Of a stretch of DNA of 64,000 nucleotides, positions 20,902 through 32,600 are shown piece by piece. The stretch is from positions 6,728-70,727 of the forward strand of contig CANQID010000003.1 in NCBI GenBank assembly GCA_947623925.1, read 5' to 3'. Origin of the DNA: an uncultured Bacilli bacterium. GTDB taxonomy: Bacteria; Bacillota_I; Bacilli_A; RF39; UBA660. The notes below the pieces were generated by a model. The model saw only the letters and a program-made list of their open reading frames with translations. It was not told where the DNA came from and ran no database searches. Each line of letters starts with the position of its first letter. Position 1 is the first letter of the stretch. The position numbers were made by a program, and so were the translations under genes.

Positions 20902-22890
20902 TTATTTATCTAATTCCTTAATCAATTCTTCCTTATTCATTTTAGAATAACCCTTTATTCCTTTTTCTTTAGCTAAATCTTTTAATTCAGTTAAAGTCAA
21001 ATCCTCTAATGAAGCTGTCTTAAACTCACTAAAATCTTTTTCATCATCTTCATCAGGTAAACAACCATTTTCAACTAAATAATCAATTTGTTCTTTTGTT
21101 ATAGTTTCTTTTTCAAGTAAAGTTTCAGCAATTAAATCCAATAATTTTCTATTTTCCTTTATTATTTCAACAGCTTTTTTATAACATTCATCGATTATTT
21201 TTCTCATTTCTTGGTCTATTTCATAAGCAACTTGAGATGAGAAATTTCTACTTTTATTATAATCTCTACCTAAGAAAACACTACCTTCATCATTACTTTC
21301 TAATTGAAGTGGTCCTAAACTACTCATACCATATTCAGTTACCATAGCACGAGCAATTTTAGTAGCCTGTTGAAAATCGTTATGAGCACCTGTTGTAACT
21401 TCACCAAATATTAATTCCTCAGCTACTCTACCACCTAATAAACCTGTAATTCTTTCCAATAATTCCTTTTTAGTAGAAGTAAATCTTTCCTCTTTTGGTT
21501 GCATCATAGTATATCCACCTGCATAACCTCTAGGAATTATAGTTATTTTTTGAACATCATTTGCACCATCTAATTTTATACCTAAAACAGCATGGCCTGA
21601 TTCGTGATATGCAACTAACTTCTTATCATTTTCAGTATATTTTTTAGAAACCTTAGCTGGACCCATTAAAACCCTATCTTGAGCCTCATCTAATTCAGAC
21701 ATAGTTATACACTGTTTACCTCTTCTAACGGCAAGTAAAGCGGCTTCATTTAACAAATTCTCTAAATCAGCTCCACTAAATCCTACAGTTCTTGCAGCTA
21801 TATAATCCAAGTTTATGTTTTTAGAAAATATTTTATTTTGAGCATGAACTTTTAATATTTCGGCTCTACCTTTAGCATCAGGTAAATTAACTTGAACTTG
21901 TCTATCAAAACGGCCTGGTCTAAGTAAAGCAGGATCTAGTACATCTGGTCTATTTGTTGCTGCAATTATAATAATACCTTCATTAGCACCAAATCCATCC
22001 ATTTCTGTTAATAATTGGTTTAATGTTTGTTCTCTTTCATCATGTCCGCCACCAAGACCTGCGCCTCTTTGTCTACCTACAGCATCAATTTCATCTATAA
22101 ATATTAAACAAGGTGCATTTTGTTTTGCTTGTTTAAACATGTCTCTAACACGGCTTGCTCCAACACCTACAAATAACTCAACAAACTCAGAACCACTTAT
22201 ATAGAAAAATGGAACATTAGCTTCACCTGCAACAGCACGTGCTAAAAGAGTTTTACCTGTTCCCGGAGGGCCTACAAGTAGTACACCTTTTGGTATTCTT
22301 GCCCCCATCTTTTGAAATTTAGCAGGGGATTTTAAGAAATCTATTAATTCCTCTACTTCTTGTTTTTCTTCAGTTAAACCTGCAACTTGTTTAAATGTTA
22401 CTTTCTTGTTATTTTCACTTAAATGTGCTTTACTTTTTCCAAAGTCCATAGATTTATTTGCTCCACCCATTTGTCTACTTATAAAGAAGAAAGCAAAACC
22501 TATTAATATTACCATAGGTAATATATTTATAATGAATAATAATACTGGGCTAGATCCGGGATCGTCAATAGTATCTAACTTAAAATTATATTCCTTTTGG
22601 AAGGAAAGTAATTCAGTTATTACTTCTTCAGCAAGTGGCATCTTAAAAGTAAAATACTCATTTTCATTATATCCTTCCATTGTACCTTGAACTTCATACA
22701 ATCTAGAATTTGAATTAGGTATAATTGTTATTTCTTTTACTTTATTTTCAGAAACTGCTGTTAAAAATTGTTGATAATCTATTACATTAACTTTTTGATT
22801 TGCAACATTAAAAAAATATAAAATTCCTAGCATTACTAAAAATAAGAATATATAAGGTAATATACCTTTTTTAACTGCTTTTTTATTCAC
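20902..22890 (-). CDS. ftsH: ATP-dependent zinc metalloprotease FtsH with C-terminal Rho_N-like domain
   Basis: 2 [21 protein letters not shown] zinc motif; GTG start after AGGAAG. Confidence 0.97.
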   Translation of the reverse strand: MNKKAVKKGILPYIFLFLVMLGILYFFNVANQKVNVIDYQQFLTAVSENKVKEITIIPNSNSRLYEVQGTMEGYNENEYFTFKMPLAEEVITELLSFQKEYNFKLDTIDDPGSSPVLLFIINILPMVILIGFAFFFISRQMGGANKSMDFGKSKAHLSENNKKVTFKQVAGLTEEKQEVEELIDFLKSPAKFQKMGARIPKGVLLVGPPGTGKTLLARAVAGEANVPFFYISGSEFVELFVGVGASRVRDMFKQAKQNAPCLIFIDEIDAVGRQRGAGLGGGHDEREQTLNQLLTEMDGFGANEGIIIIAATNRPDVLDPALLRPGRFDRQVQVNLPDAKGRAEILKVHAQNKIFSKNINLDYIAARTVGFSGADLENLLNEAALLAVRRGKQCITMSELDEAQDRVLMGPAKVSKKYTENDKKLVAYHESGHAVLGIKLDGANDVQKITIIPRGYAGGYTMMQPKEERFTSTKKELLERITGLLGGRVAEELIFGEVTTGAHNDFQQATKIARAMVTEYGMSSLGPLQLESNDEGSVFLGRDYNKSRNFSSQVAYEIDQEMRKIIDECYKKAVEIIKENRKLLDLIAETLLEKETITKEQIDYLVENGCLPDEDDEKDFSEFKTASLEDLTLTELKDLAKEKGIKGYSKMNKEELIKELDK

Positions 22891-22904
22891 AAATCTCTTC
22901 CTTT

Positions 22905-24230
22905 CTAATAACACTTAAGTATTATATCACACTTTTCTGTTTTTTTAACATTAAATTTAGATTTTTTAAGGCCCGGTATCCATAAAATTTCACCTGTTGA
23001 ATCTATTACTATAGGCCAACTATCTCTTTTACTATAATCTACTTTAGAATCTATAAATATGTCTTTTATTTTTTTACTGCCCGACATCCCTTTTACATAT
23101 ATTTTATCCCCATTTTTTCTATTTCTTACATACAAAGGTAATTTTATATCTTTTGAATTAAGTCTACATATATTATTATCATCACATTCAGATTGTTCTA
23201 TCATTTCAATTGTTTTTCCATTTGGAAGAAAAACTTTTTCTGTTATTTCTATTTCATATGATTTAGAATCTTTTATATTTTGTTCTATACTGATATTATT
23301 ATATGATTTTATTGCTTTAAGATTATTAGGTAAATACACATATGTATTTGCTTTTTCTGAAGTAATTAATTTATATATTAATTCAACATGTTTATCAGTA
23401 ATTAACATCAAATCATCTTGATATTTATTTTCTAATAACATATAAATTATTTTTTCTTGTATTACTTTATCTAAATTTAAAAACTTTTCTATATTTAGTG
23501 TATTATTTACAATAACTTCATTTTGTATTGATTTTACTTGTTCTTCTATATATCTATTATATTCTAAAATTGTTTTACTAAACTTATAAAATTTATTATG
23601 AACGTTTTTATCTTCTTTTTTTAAAACAGGTACTACATATTTCCTATATCTATTTCTAGTATAAACATCTTTAAAATTAGATTTATCTTCTACAAATTGT
23701 AGTTTATTTTCTTTTATATACTCATATATATCATCTTTTGTAACAGTTATAAGTGGTCTTAAAATGGTATAATTTGATTTTTTTACTTCTTTTGAAAACC
23801 CACTATACCCTTTAAATGTTGTACCTCTAACTATTCTCATCAATATTGTTTCTATTAAATCATCTCCATGATGAGCAGTTAATAAATATTTTGAATTGTA
23901 TTTTGATATTAAACTTTCAAAAAAATTATATCTTTTTATTCTTGCTTCATTATGGAAATTATCATCTCCATAATTTTCTATTTTCATATATTCAAATATA
24001 ACATCATTTTCTTTACAAAAATCTTCTACAAAAACTTTTTCTGATTCACTTTCAACTCTTACATTATGATTAACATGAGCACATATAACATTTATATTTG
24101 TTTCTTTTTTAACTCTTGCCATTAAATGAAGTAATGTAATAGAATCTGCTCCTCCTGAAACTGCTACAACAATATTTTCACTTTTTAAATTTTTAAATTT
24201 TTCAATTAATTCTTCGTAAACTTCTTGCAT
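22905..24230 (-). CDS. tilS: tRNA(Ile) lysidine synthetase
   Basis: AVSGGADS, TAHHGDD, RPL, YTRNRYR; upstream of ftsH. Confidence 0.96.
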   Translation of the reverse strand: MQEVYEELIEKFKNLKSENIVVAVSGGADSITLLHLMARVKKETNINVICAHVNHNVRVESESEKVFVEDFCKENDVIFEYMKIENYGDDNFHNEARIKRYNFFESLISKYNSKYLLTAHHGDDLIETILMRIVRGTTFKGYSGFSKEVKKSNYTILRPLITVTKDDIYEYIKENKLQFVEDKSNFKDVYTRNRYRKYVVPVLKKEDKNVHNKFYKFSKTILEYNRYIEEQVKSIQNEVIVNNTLNIEKFLNLDKVIQEKIIYMLLENKYQDDLMLITDKHVELIYKLITSEKANTYVYLPNNLKAIKSYNNISIEQNIKDSKSYEIEITEKVFLPNGKTIEMIEQSECDDNNICRLNSKDIKLPLYVRNRKNGDKIYVKGMSGSKKIKDIFIDSKVDYSKRDSWPIVIDSTGEILWIPGLKKSKFNVKKTEKCDIILKCY

Positions 24231-24244
24231 AACTATCCCCCTAA

Positions 24245-24895
24245 CTACCATTTAATAGGTTCTATGCCATTTTTAACTAAAATTTCATTTGTTCTAGAAA
24301 AAGGTCTACTTCCAAAAAATCCTTTATTCGCAGACAAAGGTGATGGATGCGCTGACTCTATAATATAATGTTTTGGATTAGTTATCAACACTTTTTTACT
24401 TCTTGCATAACTACCCCATAATATATATACAACAGTAGAATCTTTTTCGTTTATTTTTTTTATTATAGAATCTGTGAATTGTTCCCAACCTATTCCTCTA
24501 TGTGATAAAGGTGTATCTTTTACTACTGTTAAAACGCTGTTTAAGAGTAACACTCCTTGTTTAGCCCAATCTGTTAATTCATTTCCTTTTCTTACTATTT
24601 TTAAGTCATCATATAATTCTTTTAATATATTATTTAAAGATGGTGGTCTTTTAACTGAATTTCTTACTGAAAAACAAAAACCATGTGCTTCATTTTCACC
24701 ATGATATGGATCTTGACCTAATATTACAACTTTTACATCTTCATAATTAGTGTACAACAAAGAATTAAATATTTCCTCTTTTTTTGGAAAACAAATTTTA
24801 GTATTATATTCATTTTTTAAAAAACTTCTTAATTTTTTAAAATATTGTTTATTATATTCATCTTTTAATACTAAATCCCAATTTTTTGAAACCAT
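24245..24895 (-). CDS. ung: Uracil-DNA glycosylase
   Basis: GQDPYH; HPSPLS. Confidence 0.98.
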   Translation of the reverse strand: MVSKNWDLVLKDEYNKQYFKKLRSFLKNEYNTKICFPKKEEIFNSLLYTNYEDVKVVILGQDPYHGENEAHGFCFSVRNSVKRPPSLNNILKELYDDLKIVRKGNELTDWAKQGVLLLNSVLTVVKDTPLSHRGIGWEQFTDSIIKKINEKDSTVVYILWGSYARSKKVLITNPKHYIIESAHPSPLSANKGFFGSRPFSRTNEILVKNGIEPIKW

Positions 24896-24928
24896 ACAAC
24901 ATTCACCAACTATATTTTAGCACATTTA

Positions 24929-26209
24929 CTAATTTTTATTAACATAATCTAATATTTCTTTTCTTAAAGAAATTATCGAATAAACATTTATAATTATTAA
25001 AATCGCTACTATAATATCTACAAATGACCATAAAAAATACGAGGATATTATACATCCTAAAAATATAATTATAACTGTCAATAATTTCAGTATAGTTATT
25101 TTTTTTCTATTGATATTACCAAAATATTTTAAACATGACTCACCATAATAATATGCAGTTATAATAGTTGAGAATGAAAACAATATAACTGAAATAGTAA
25201 GTATAATATTTCCAAAATTTCCAAAATGATAGATAAATGCATGTTGTGTTATTTCAATACCATTCATATCCATATAATTTACATTTGTATAATCACTAGT
25301 TAAAACTATTATAGCAGTTGATAGACATATTAAAAAAGTTGTTATATATATACCAAGCATTTGAATATATCCTTGACTTTTTAAATCAGAAGAATAACTA
25401 GTTGAGGAAACTATACTCCCTGTCCCTATTCCTGATTCATTTGAAAATATACCTCTTTGAATTCCTATTAAAAATCCTGATAAAAAACCATTAAAAAAAG
25501 ATTTAAAATTAAATGCTTCATTTATAATAGCAATGATAATTCCTGGTATTAATTTTATATTAGAAATTAATACAATTAACGCAATAAATATATAAATAAT
25601 TGTCATTATAGGAACAATTACAGTAGAAATTTTCGTTATTTTTTTTAATCCACCATATATTATTACAAATGTAATCAAAGCTAAAAATATAGCTATAACA
25701 TACACATTTAAATTAGCATTTAGAAGGCTTTTTGTTATTGTATTAGATTGTATTCCACAAAAAAAACCAATATAACCTACTATTATTAGAATAGAATATA
25801 AAGCTCCTAATTTTTGATTATTTAAACCTTTCTTTATATAATAAGATGGTCCTCCTTTATATTGATATCCTTCATCCTGTTCTTTGTATATTCCGCCTAA
25901 TATAGTTTCACAAAATGTATTTGTTGCGCATAAAAATACAGTTACTATTAACCAAAATATTGAACCTATTCCACCAGTATATATTGCAAGAGAAACACCA
26001 GCAATACTTCCAACACCTATTCTTCCACCTAAACTTATCATAAGTGCCTGAAAATTAGATATTCCTTTTGCATTTTTACTAGCCTTTATTGACTTAAACA
26101 TATTTTTAAAATTAAATTGTACTGCTTTTAATTTAATAGTAAAATATATGCTTGATACTAAAATTAATAAAGTGGCTAAAAACCATAATATTTTTATTAT
26201 TATATCCAT
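24929..26209 (-). CDS. Alanine/glycine:cation symporter family protein (divergent)
   Basis: SNFQAL, GGPSYYI, IQSN, RGIFSNESG.G, FSFSTII..YYGE. Confidence 0.88.
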   Translation of the reverse strand: MDIIIKILWFLATLLILVSSIYFTIKLKAVQFNFKNMFKSIKASKNAKGISNFQALMISLGGRIGVGSIAGVSLAIYTGGIGSIFWLIVTVFLCATNTFCETILGGIYKEQDEGYQYKGGPSYYIKKGLNNQKLGALYSILIIVGYIGFFCGIQSNTITKSLLNANLNVYVIAIFLALITFVIIYGGLKKITKISTVIVPIMTIIYIFIALIVLISNIKLIPGIIIAIINEAFNFKSFFNGFLSGFLIGIQRGIFSNESGIGTGSIVSSTSYSSDLKSQGYIQMLGIYITTFLICLSTAIIVLTSDYTNVNYMDMNGIEITQHAFIYHFGNFGNIILTISVILFSFSTIITAYYYGESCLKYFGNINRKKITILKLLTVIIIFLGCIISSYFLWSFVDIIVAILIIINVYSIISLRKEILDYVNKN

Positions 26210-26260
26210 AGTATCACCAAAAAAATTATAAAACTTTTATTTGTCTTATAATGTCTTTTT

Positions 26261-27085
26261 TTATAAATTATTTGATATTTCGATAAATATTTCTAGCGAT
26301 AATTGTTCTGCCCTTGCATTTAAATCAAATCCATATTTTTTAAGTATATTTTCTATTGTTTTTAAATTATAATCTTTTAAATTATTTTTTATTGTTTTTC
26401 TTTTTTGTTTAAAACTATCTCTAATTAATTTAAAAAATAATTGTTCATCTTTTAATTTTATTAAATTTTCTTTTCTTTTAAATTCTACTACTATACTATC
26501 AACATTTGGTTTAGGCATAAATACATTTTTACTAACATCCATTATTTTTTTTATATCATAATAATATTTTAAATAAACAGAAAGTGAACTATAGTTTTTA
26601 CTACCGGGTTCCGCTTTAAATCTATCTCCTACTTCTTTTTGTACCATTACTACTATTTTATCAACAAATAAATTATCTTCTATTAATTTAATTATTATAG
26701 GTGTTGTTATATAATATGGTAAATTAGACACAACATATAATTTATTATATTTGTATTTTTTTATATCTTCTTTAACATTACAAGTTAAAAAATCTTTATA
26801 TATTATTTCTAAATTATCTGATCTAACATTATTTTCTAATATTGGTTTTAGTTTCTCATCTATTTCATAACATAAAACATTCTTTGCTTTTTTCACTAAT
26901 TTATTTGTTAATGAACCTGCTCCTGGTCCTATTTCTATTACTAATGTATCTTTATCTATTTGCGATTTTTCTATTATTGAATTAATTATGTTTTCGTCGA
27001 TTATAAAATTTTGACCAAATTTTTTTTTAAAATTGAAATCATTTAATTCTAAATTTTCAGTCATTTTTTTTGGAGAATATTCCAT
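26261..27085 (-). CDS. rsmA: 16S rRNA dimethyladenosine transferase
   Basis: KKFGQNF, EIGPGAG, NLPYYITT, QKEV. Confidence 0.97.
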   Translation of the reverse strand: MEYSPKKMTENLELNDFNFKKKFGQNFIIDENIINSIIEKSQIDKDTLVIEIGPGAGSLTNKLVKKAKNVLCYEIDEKLKPILENNVRSDNLEIIYKDFLTCNVKEDIKKYKYNKLYVVSNLPYYITTPIIIKLIEDNLFVDKIVVMVQKEVGDRFKAEPGSKNYSSLSVYLKYYYDIKKIMDVSKNVFMPKPNVDSIVVEFKRKENLIKLKDEQLFFKLIRDSFKQKRKTIKNNLKDYNLKTIENILKKYGFDLNARAEQLSLEIFIEISNNL

Positions 27086-27158
27086 TTATACCACCATTAT
27101 CAATTATAAATTATTTACAACAAATTCACAATAATAAATTTAACAAAAAAAGGGGATT

Positions 27159-27854
27159 TTACCATCCCCATCTTTTTACTTCAAATTTTACTGTATCACT
27201 TCTATCTGTTATTTTATATATTTCAGGATCATTTTCCGTTTTAAAAGCAACATCTACAACTACTTTTCCTTCATTTCTCCATTTACTTCTAAGTGAAGAA
27301 CCAGTATCCAATACTATTGCATTTATTTTTTCACCATTTTTTGATGTTATATCTAAAACTGTACCACATTCAAATAGTGAATTATCTGCTGCTACTATAC
27401 GCAAATTACCATATTCAGCATCATCATAATATTCACCTTTTTTAGAAATATTATATGAACCATTTTTAGTTTTACAACTTACGGTACCAGAACATCCAGG
27501 ACAATCCGCACCATATCCAGTTATACTACCAACATAACTCCCTTTAGGTGCTGTCCCTACCTCAATTACTTCTGTAACTGGCTCTCTAAACTTAACTTCT
27601 TTGCCATCTATGTTGTATACTATTCCAACTTCACCTTCAGTAATTACATTTTCAGTACCAGATGATATTTTATCATTATATATTTTTTTAGTATCATAAT
27701 TAATAGCAACCGCTGTAGTACTAATATTTAAATTTTCAATATTATTTGCAACTGTAACTTTATCAATAGAATCATTATTAACAAATAATGAACTTATAGT
27801 AACAAATAGAATCCCTATCCATTCTTTTACTAATTCTAAAAGGCATAAACTCAT
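27159..27854 (-). CDS. G5 plus 3D-domain cell-wall protein (YabE-like)
   Basis: G5-like EPVTEVIEVGT; 3D motifs VAAD, LDTG, VDV; syntenic position between tatD and rsmA. Confidence 0.75.
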   Translation of the reverse strand: MSLCLLELVKEWIGILFVTISSLFVNNDSIDKVTVANNIENLNISTTAVAINYDTKKIYNDKISSGTENVITEGEVGIVYNIDGKEVKFREPVTEVIEVGTAPKGSYVGSITGYGADCPGCSGTVSCKTKNGSYNISKKGEYYDDAEYGNLRIVAADNSLFECGTVLDITSKNGEKINAIVLDTGSSLRSKWRNEGKVVVDVAFKTENDPEIYKITDRSDTVKFEVKRWGW

Positions 27855-27899
27855 TTGTTCACCTCGCGTATGATTAATTTATCCCCCAATACAAGAATA

Positions 27900-28667
27900 T
27901 CACAATATAACATCCAAGTCAAATTGATGAAAAGCATTCAGAGTTGTTTGTTTTAAAACATCTTCTACGGTTATTTGTTTAATTTCAGCTATTTTTTTTG
28001 CCACATAAATAATATTATATGGCTCATTTTTTTTACCTCTTAAAGGCTCTGGAGTCAAATATGGACTATCAGTTTCTAAAAGTAGATAATTAAGACTTAT
28101 ATCTTTTACTACATTTTTAAGTTTTTCTGAATTCTTAAAAGTTAAAACTCCTCCTATTCCTAACATACAATTGATTTTAATAAATTTCTTTGCCATCTCC
28201 AAACTAGAACTATAACAATGAATGACTTTTTTTACATCTTTGTATTCTTTTAATATTTCATAAGTATCATTTATAGCATCTCTACTATGAATAACTACTG
28301 TCTTATTATACTTTTTGGCTAAATCAAGCTGATTTTTAAATAATTTAATTTGTTTTTGTTTATCATAACCTTCATAATGATAGTCAAGGCCTATTTCTCC
28401 TATGCCAATCACATATTTATTGCACAAATTTTTTTCTAAATGAAATAACATCTCATTTATCTTTTCATCATCCATACTTGCAAATTCAGGATGAATACCT
28501 ATAGTACAGTAAACATTATTGTACTCTGTACACAAAGATAAAATTTCTTTGTTACTATTGATGTCTGTCCCACTTGCTATCATCATATTCATATTCATTT
28601 TTTTTATTACTTCTTCTAAATTTTCATAGTCATCTTTTGATAAATGACAATGTGTATCTATCATCAT
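27900..28667 (-). CDS. tatD: TatD family DNase
   Basis: IDTHCH, GIHP, GEIGLDY, ETDSPY. Confidence 0.96.
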   Translation of the reverse strand: MMIDTHCHLSKDDYENLEEVIKKMNMNMMIASGTDINSNKEILSLCTEYNNVYCTIGIHPEFASMDDEKINEMLFHLEKNLCNKYVIGIGEIGLDYHYEGYDKQKQIKLFKNQLDLAKKYNKTVVIHSRDAINDTYEILKEYKDVKKVIHCYSSSLEMAKKFIKINCMLGIGGVLTFKNSEKLKNVVKDISLNYLLLETDSPYLTPEPLRGKKNEPYNIIYVAKKIAEIKQITVEDVLKQTTLNAFHQFDLDVIL

Positions 28668-28710
28668 AATATCACCAAAAAAAAATTATATCACTTTGTA
28701 ATATAATTTT

Positions 28711-28872
28711 CTATTTTTTTCTTATAAATTGATATCTTATTACAAAACAAAATATCACGAAAAGATACCATGCATCAACATAGTTAAAATCTATAATTAC
28801 ATTTCTTATTAATAAAAACAATAAAATTACAGATATTGGTACAACATACTTCTTGTATTCGTATTGTTCCAA
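28711..28872 (-). CDS. Small 53-aa two-helix membrane protein (missing from ORF track)
   Basis: TTG start 9 nt after GAGAGGG; MEQYEYKKYVVPISVILLFLLIRNVIIDFNYVDAWYLFVIFCFVIRYQFIRKK; promoter TTGTTT-17-TATATT at 28907-28935. Confidence 0.65.
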   Translation of the reverse strand: MEQYEYKKYVVPISVILLFLLIRNVIIDFNYVDAWYLFVIFCFVIRYQFIRKK

Positions 28873-29052
28873 TTTTGACAGCCCTCTCTATAAACAAAAC
28901 ATTGTAAATATATCATATATGAAAAATTTAAACAATAATGAAATAAAACTTTTATACGACATTTTACAACATTTTACATAACTATTGTCAAAATTAGACA
29001 AGGTTTGACAAAAAACAATTAATTCAATTATTAAAAATTTCCAAAAATTAAA

Positions 29053-29589
29053 TCAAAAATTACTAATTTTTAATTTCAATATTTTTTCAATAATCTTACC
29101 TATATTCATTATATTGTCAAGATTATCAAAATTCATAAAGCCTAGTATTCCATACACATCACCAGAATTTATAATTGGAATAAGCAAATAATTACAAGTT
29201 AGTGGTGAAATATTACTATCATCTGTAATATATAAAGTTGTTTGCTGATTTTCCTTAACTATAGTTCTATTTTTTAAGCACTTTATTAAATATTCACTTA
29301 TATTCTTACCAATATATTTTTCTTTATTAACTCCTACATATAAATAAACCATGCTACTATCTGTAATAAATATATCACAACCATATAATTTATTTACAAT
29401 CTTTAATATTTCGGTAAAATAATTTATTGAATCTGAAAAAGTTGAGATTTTTTTAAGAATTATATTATCATTTTGAACTTCTATTTCTAACATATCATTT
29501 TCCATAATTCTAAGGGAATTTCTCATTTCTTTAGGTATTACAATTCTACCTAAACTATCTATTCTTCTTACTATCCCTGTTGTTTTCAT
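29053..29589 (-). CDS. spoVT: Stage V sporulation protein T-like regulator (AbrB domain plus GAF-like domain)
   Basis: MKTTGIVRRIDSLGRIVIPKE; C-terminal PIINSGDVYG; directly downstream of mfd as in Bacillus. Confidence 0.85.
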   Translation of the reverse strand: MKTTGIVRRIDSLGRIVIPKEMRNSLRIMENDMLEIEVQNDNIILKKISTFSDSINYFTEILKIVNKLYGCDIFITDSSMVYLYVGVNKEKYIGKNISEYLIKCLKNRTIVKENQQTTLYITDDSNISPLTCNYLLIPIINSGDVYGILGFMNFDNLDNIMNIGKIIEKILKLKISNF

Positions 29590-29606
29590 AAACACATCAC
29601 CGTTTT

Positions 29607-29635
29607 TAGTTTGGTATTTATGTCTTTTTTTATTC
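29607..29635 (-). promoter_or_regulatory. SigG-like forespore promoter of spoVT
   Basis: GAATA-17 bp-CAAACTA just upstream of the GGTGA RBS. Confidence 0.6.
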
Positions 29636-32600
29636 CATATTTTTAGACTTTATACAATTATTTATTAAATCACAAAGTTCTATTAAATAATATATATAAT
29701 GTTTATCCAATTTAATAATGTCTAATATTATACTTAATGATCTATTTTTCATGCTAAACCTAAACATTCTACTTATACAATTAGCACCCATAAACAATTT
29801 TTCACCATCAATATTTAAAGTAAGTTGAGGTGGTAAAATAAGTTCTACAAAATTTTTAGTTTGATTAATTTTGTTTATTCCTAAATTTCTAGCTTTTTTC
29901 TCAAATAATTCTTCATTCATATATATTTCTAATTCATCTGTTATTTTTCCAAATCTATCTTCTATTTGAGATTTTATTTTATCTAGTTTTTCATTAGAAT
30001 CTATACTATTTATCATTTTATGTATTTCTATTTTAAGTGGGACATCAGATACATATTTATCGTCTATACTTGTAGTTACATCTAAAAGTGGAATTTCATT
30101 TGCACTGGATTCTTTATTTTCAACTAATTCTCCTTTTTGTTTTTGTATTTCTTCATTAAGCATGTTTATAAACATTTCAACACCAACAGTATCTACAAAT
30201 CCAGCTTGTTCACTACCTAATATATCACCAGCACCTCTTATTGATAAATCTCTAACTGCAATTGAAAAGCCACTTCCTAATTCTGTAAACTCTTTAATAA
30301 CTTTTAATCTTTTTATTGCAATTTCAGATAATATTTTATGTTTATCATACATTAAGTAACAATAAGCAATTTTATTACTTCGTCCCACTCTACCTCTTAT
30401 TTGATAAAGTTGTGATAATCCAAATTTGTCAGAATCCATTATTATTAGTGTATTTGCATTTTGTATATCTATACCTGTTTCTATTATAGTAGTACATAAT
30501 AATATATCAAATTCTTTATTTATAAAAGAAAACATTATATTTTCCAATTCCGTTTTACTCATTTTTCCATGAGCACAAACTATTTTTGCTTCTGGAACAA
30601 GTCTACTTATTTCCATTTTTTTTCTATCCATGGAAGAAATACTATTATATAATATAAAAACTTGTCCATTCCTTGATAATTCTTTATGTATTGCATCTTT
30701 TATTATTTGATTATTTTCTGCAATTACATATGTTTGTACAGGATATCTATCAATTGGTGGGGTTTCTAACAATGACAAACTCCTTATTCCTGACATTGAC
30801 ATTTGCAAAGTTCTCGGTATTGGAGTTGCAGAAAGAGTTAAAACATCAATATTATTTTTAAATTGTTTAATTTTTTCTTTATGTCTTACACCAAATCTTT
30901 GTTCTTCATCAACAATCAGTAAACCTAATTTTTTAAAATTAATATCATCACTTAATATTCTATGTGTACCAATCAATAAATCTATTTTACCTTCTTTTAA
31001 GTCCTTAATTATAGTTTTTGCTTCTTTTGTTGTCGTAAATCTATTTAATAATTTAATATTCACAGCAAATGAAGAAAATCTATTCAAAGCATTTTGAAAA
31101 TGTTGATTTGATAATATAGTTGTTGGGCATAGCATAGCTACTTGATATCCAGAAATTATTGCTTTAAAAGCGGCTCTAAAAGCAACTTCTGTTTTACCAT
31201 AACCAACGTCACCACATAATAATCTATCCATTGGTTTTATACTTTCCATATCTTTTTTTATTTCTTCAGTGACTCTCAATTGATCTTTAGTTTCATCATA
31301 TGTAAATTGTTTTTCAAATTGTATTTGTTCATCACTATCAGAATCAAACTTAATTCCAACTGAAGATTCCCTTTGAGCATATAATTTTAACAAATCTGAA
31401 GCTATCGATTTAATTTTTTCTTGTACTTTCATCTTTGTTTTTTGCCATTCAGAAGTACCCAGTTTATTTATTTTAGGAACAATACCTTCATTAGATGAGT
31501 ATTTACTTATCAACTCAATTTTCTCAACAGGTATATACAATTTATCTCCATCTTTATATTCAAGTTCTAAATAATCTTTTTTAAACCCGTTTTTACTTAA
31601 AGTTTTTATACCTATATATCTTCCTATTCCATGCGAATAATGAACTATATAATCTCCAACATTTAACTTATTTATATCTCTTATTTTTGTTCCTAATTTA
31701 AAACTAGTCTTATACTTAAATTGATCTGGTTTCCTATTATATATTTCACTTTCTGAAATAACTATATAATTTTCATAACCAAATCCGGACTTAATGGATT
31801 TTATTATTATGTTTATTTTATTATCAATTATGTCATTTTCATTAGTGAAAACTATATTTTTACTATCAAATTCACGAATAAATTTTTCTACTTTATATCT
31901 ATCTGATAAACAAATTATAACAGTTTTATTTTTAGTTATATATTGATTTAGACGATTATATATATCATTTAAAGTTCCACTAAAATTTTCAATATCATTA
32001 CTTAAGTATTTTTCAACAGCATTACCTGTGTCATTGTCAAATGAAATAAAATCTTTAAATGATTTTACATTTATATCATAAAAATCATTCATATATTTAA
32101 AATCTTGTTCAATATTTTGTTCTACGTTATAATCATATATTTCTTCAATTAAAGATTTATAACTTTCTTTAATACCTTCATAATCATTAAAAAAAACAAA
32201 TGGTTCATCCATAAATTTATATAAACTAATAGGATTAATATAATTTTTCAAATACTTTTGAGAAAAATTATCTATAACATTTGATTTTTTATCTACTAAA
32301 AATTCAGTATTTGGATAAATTACTTTTTCACTTAATTTTTTTACAGTAAGCTGACTATCCACATTAAATTCTTTAATTGTTTCTATTTCATCACCAAAAA
32401 ACTCTATTCTTATTGGATTTTTCGATGATACAGGAAATACATCAAGAACATATCCTCTGGAAGCAAAAGTTCCTGTTTTATCTACTATAACTTCATGTGA
32501 ATAACCAATATTACTTAATTTTGTAATTAAATCATCCTTATTGTACTCCATATTAATTTTTAAATTAATTATATTTGATTCATATATATTTTTTGATGGC

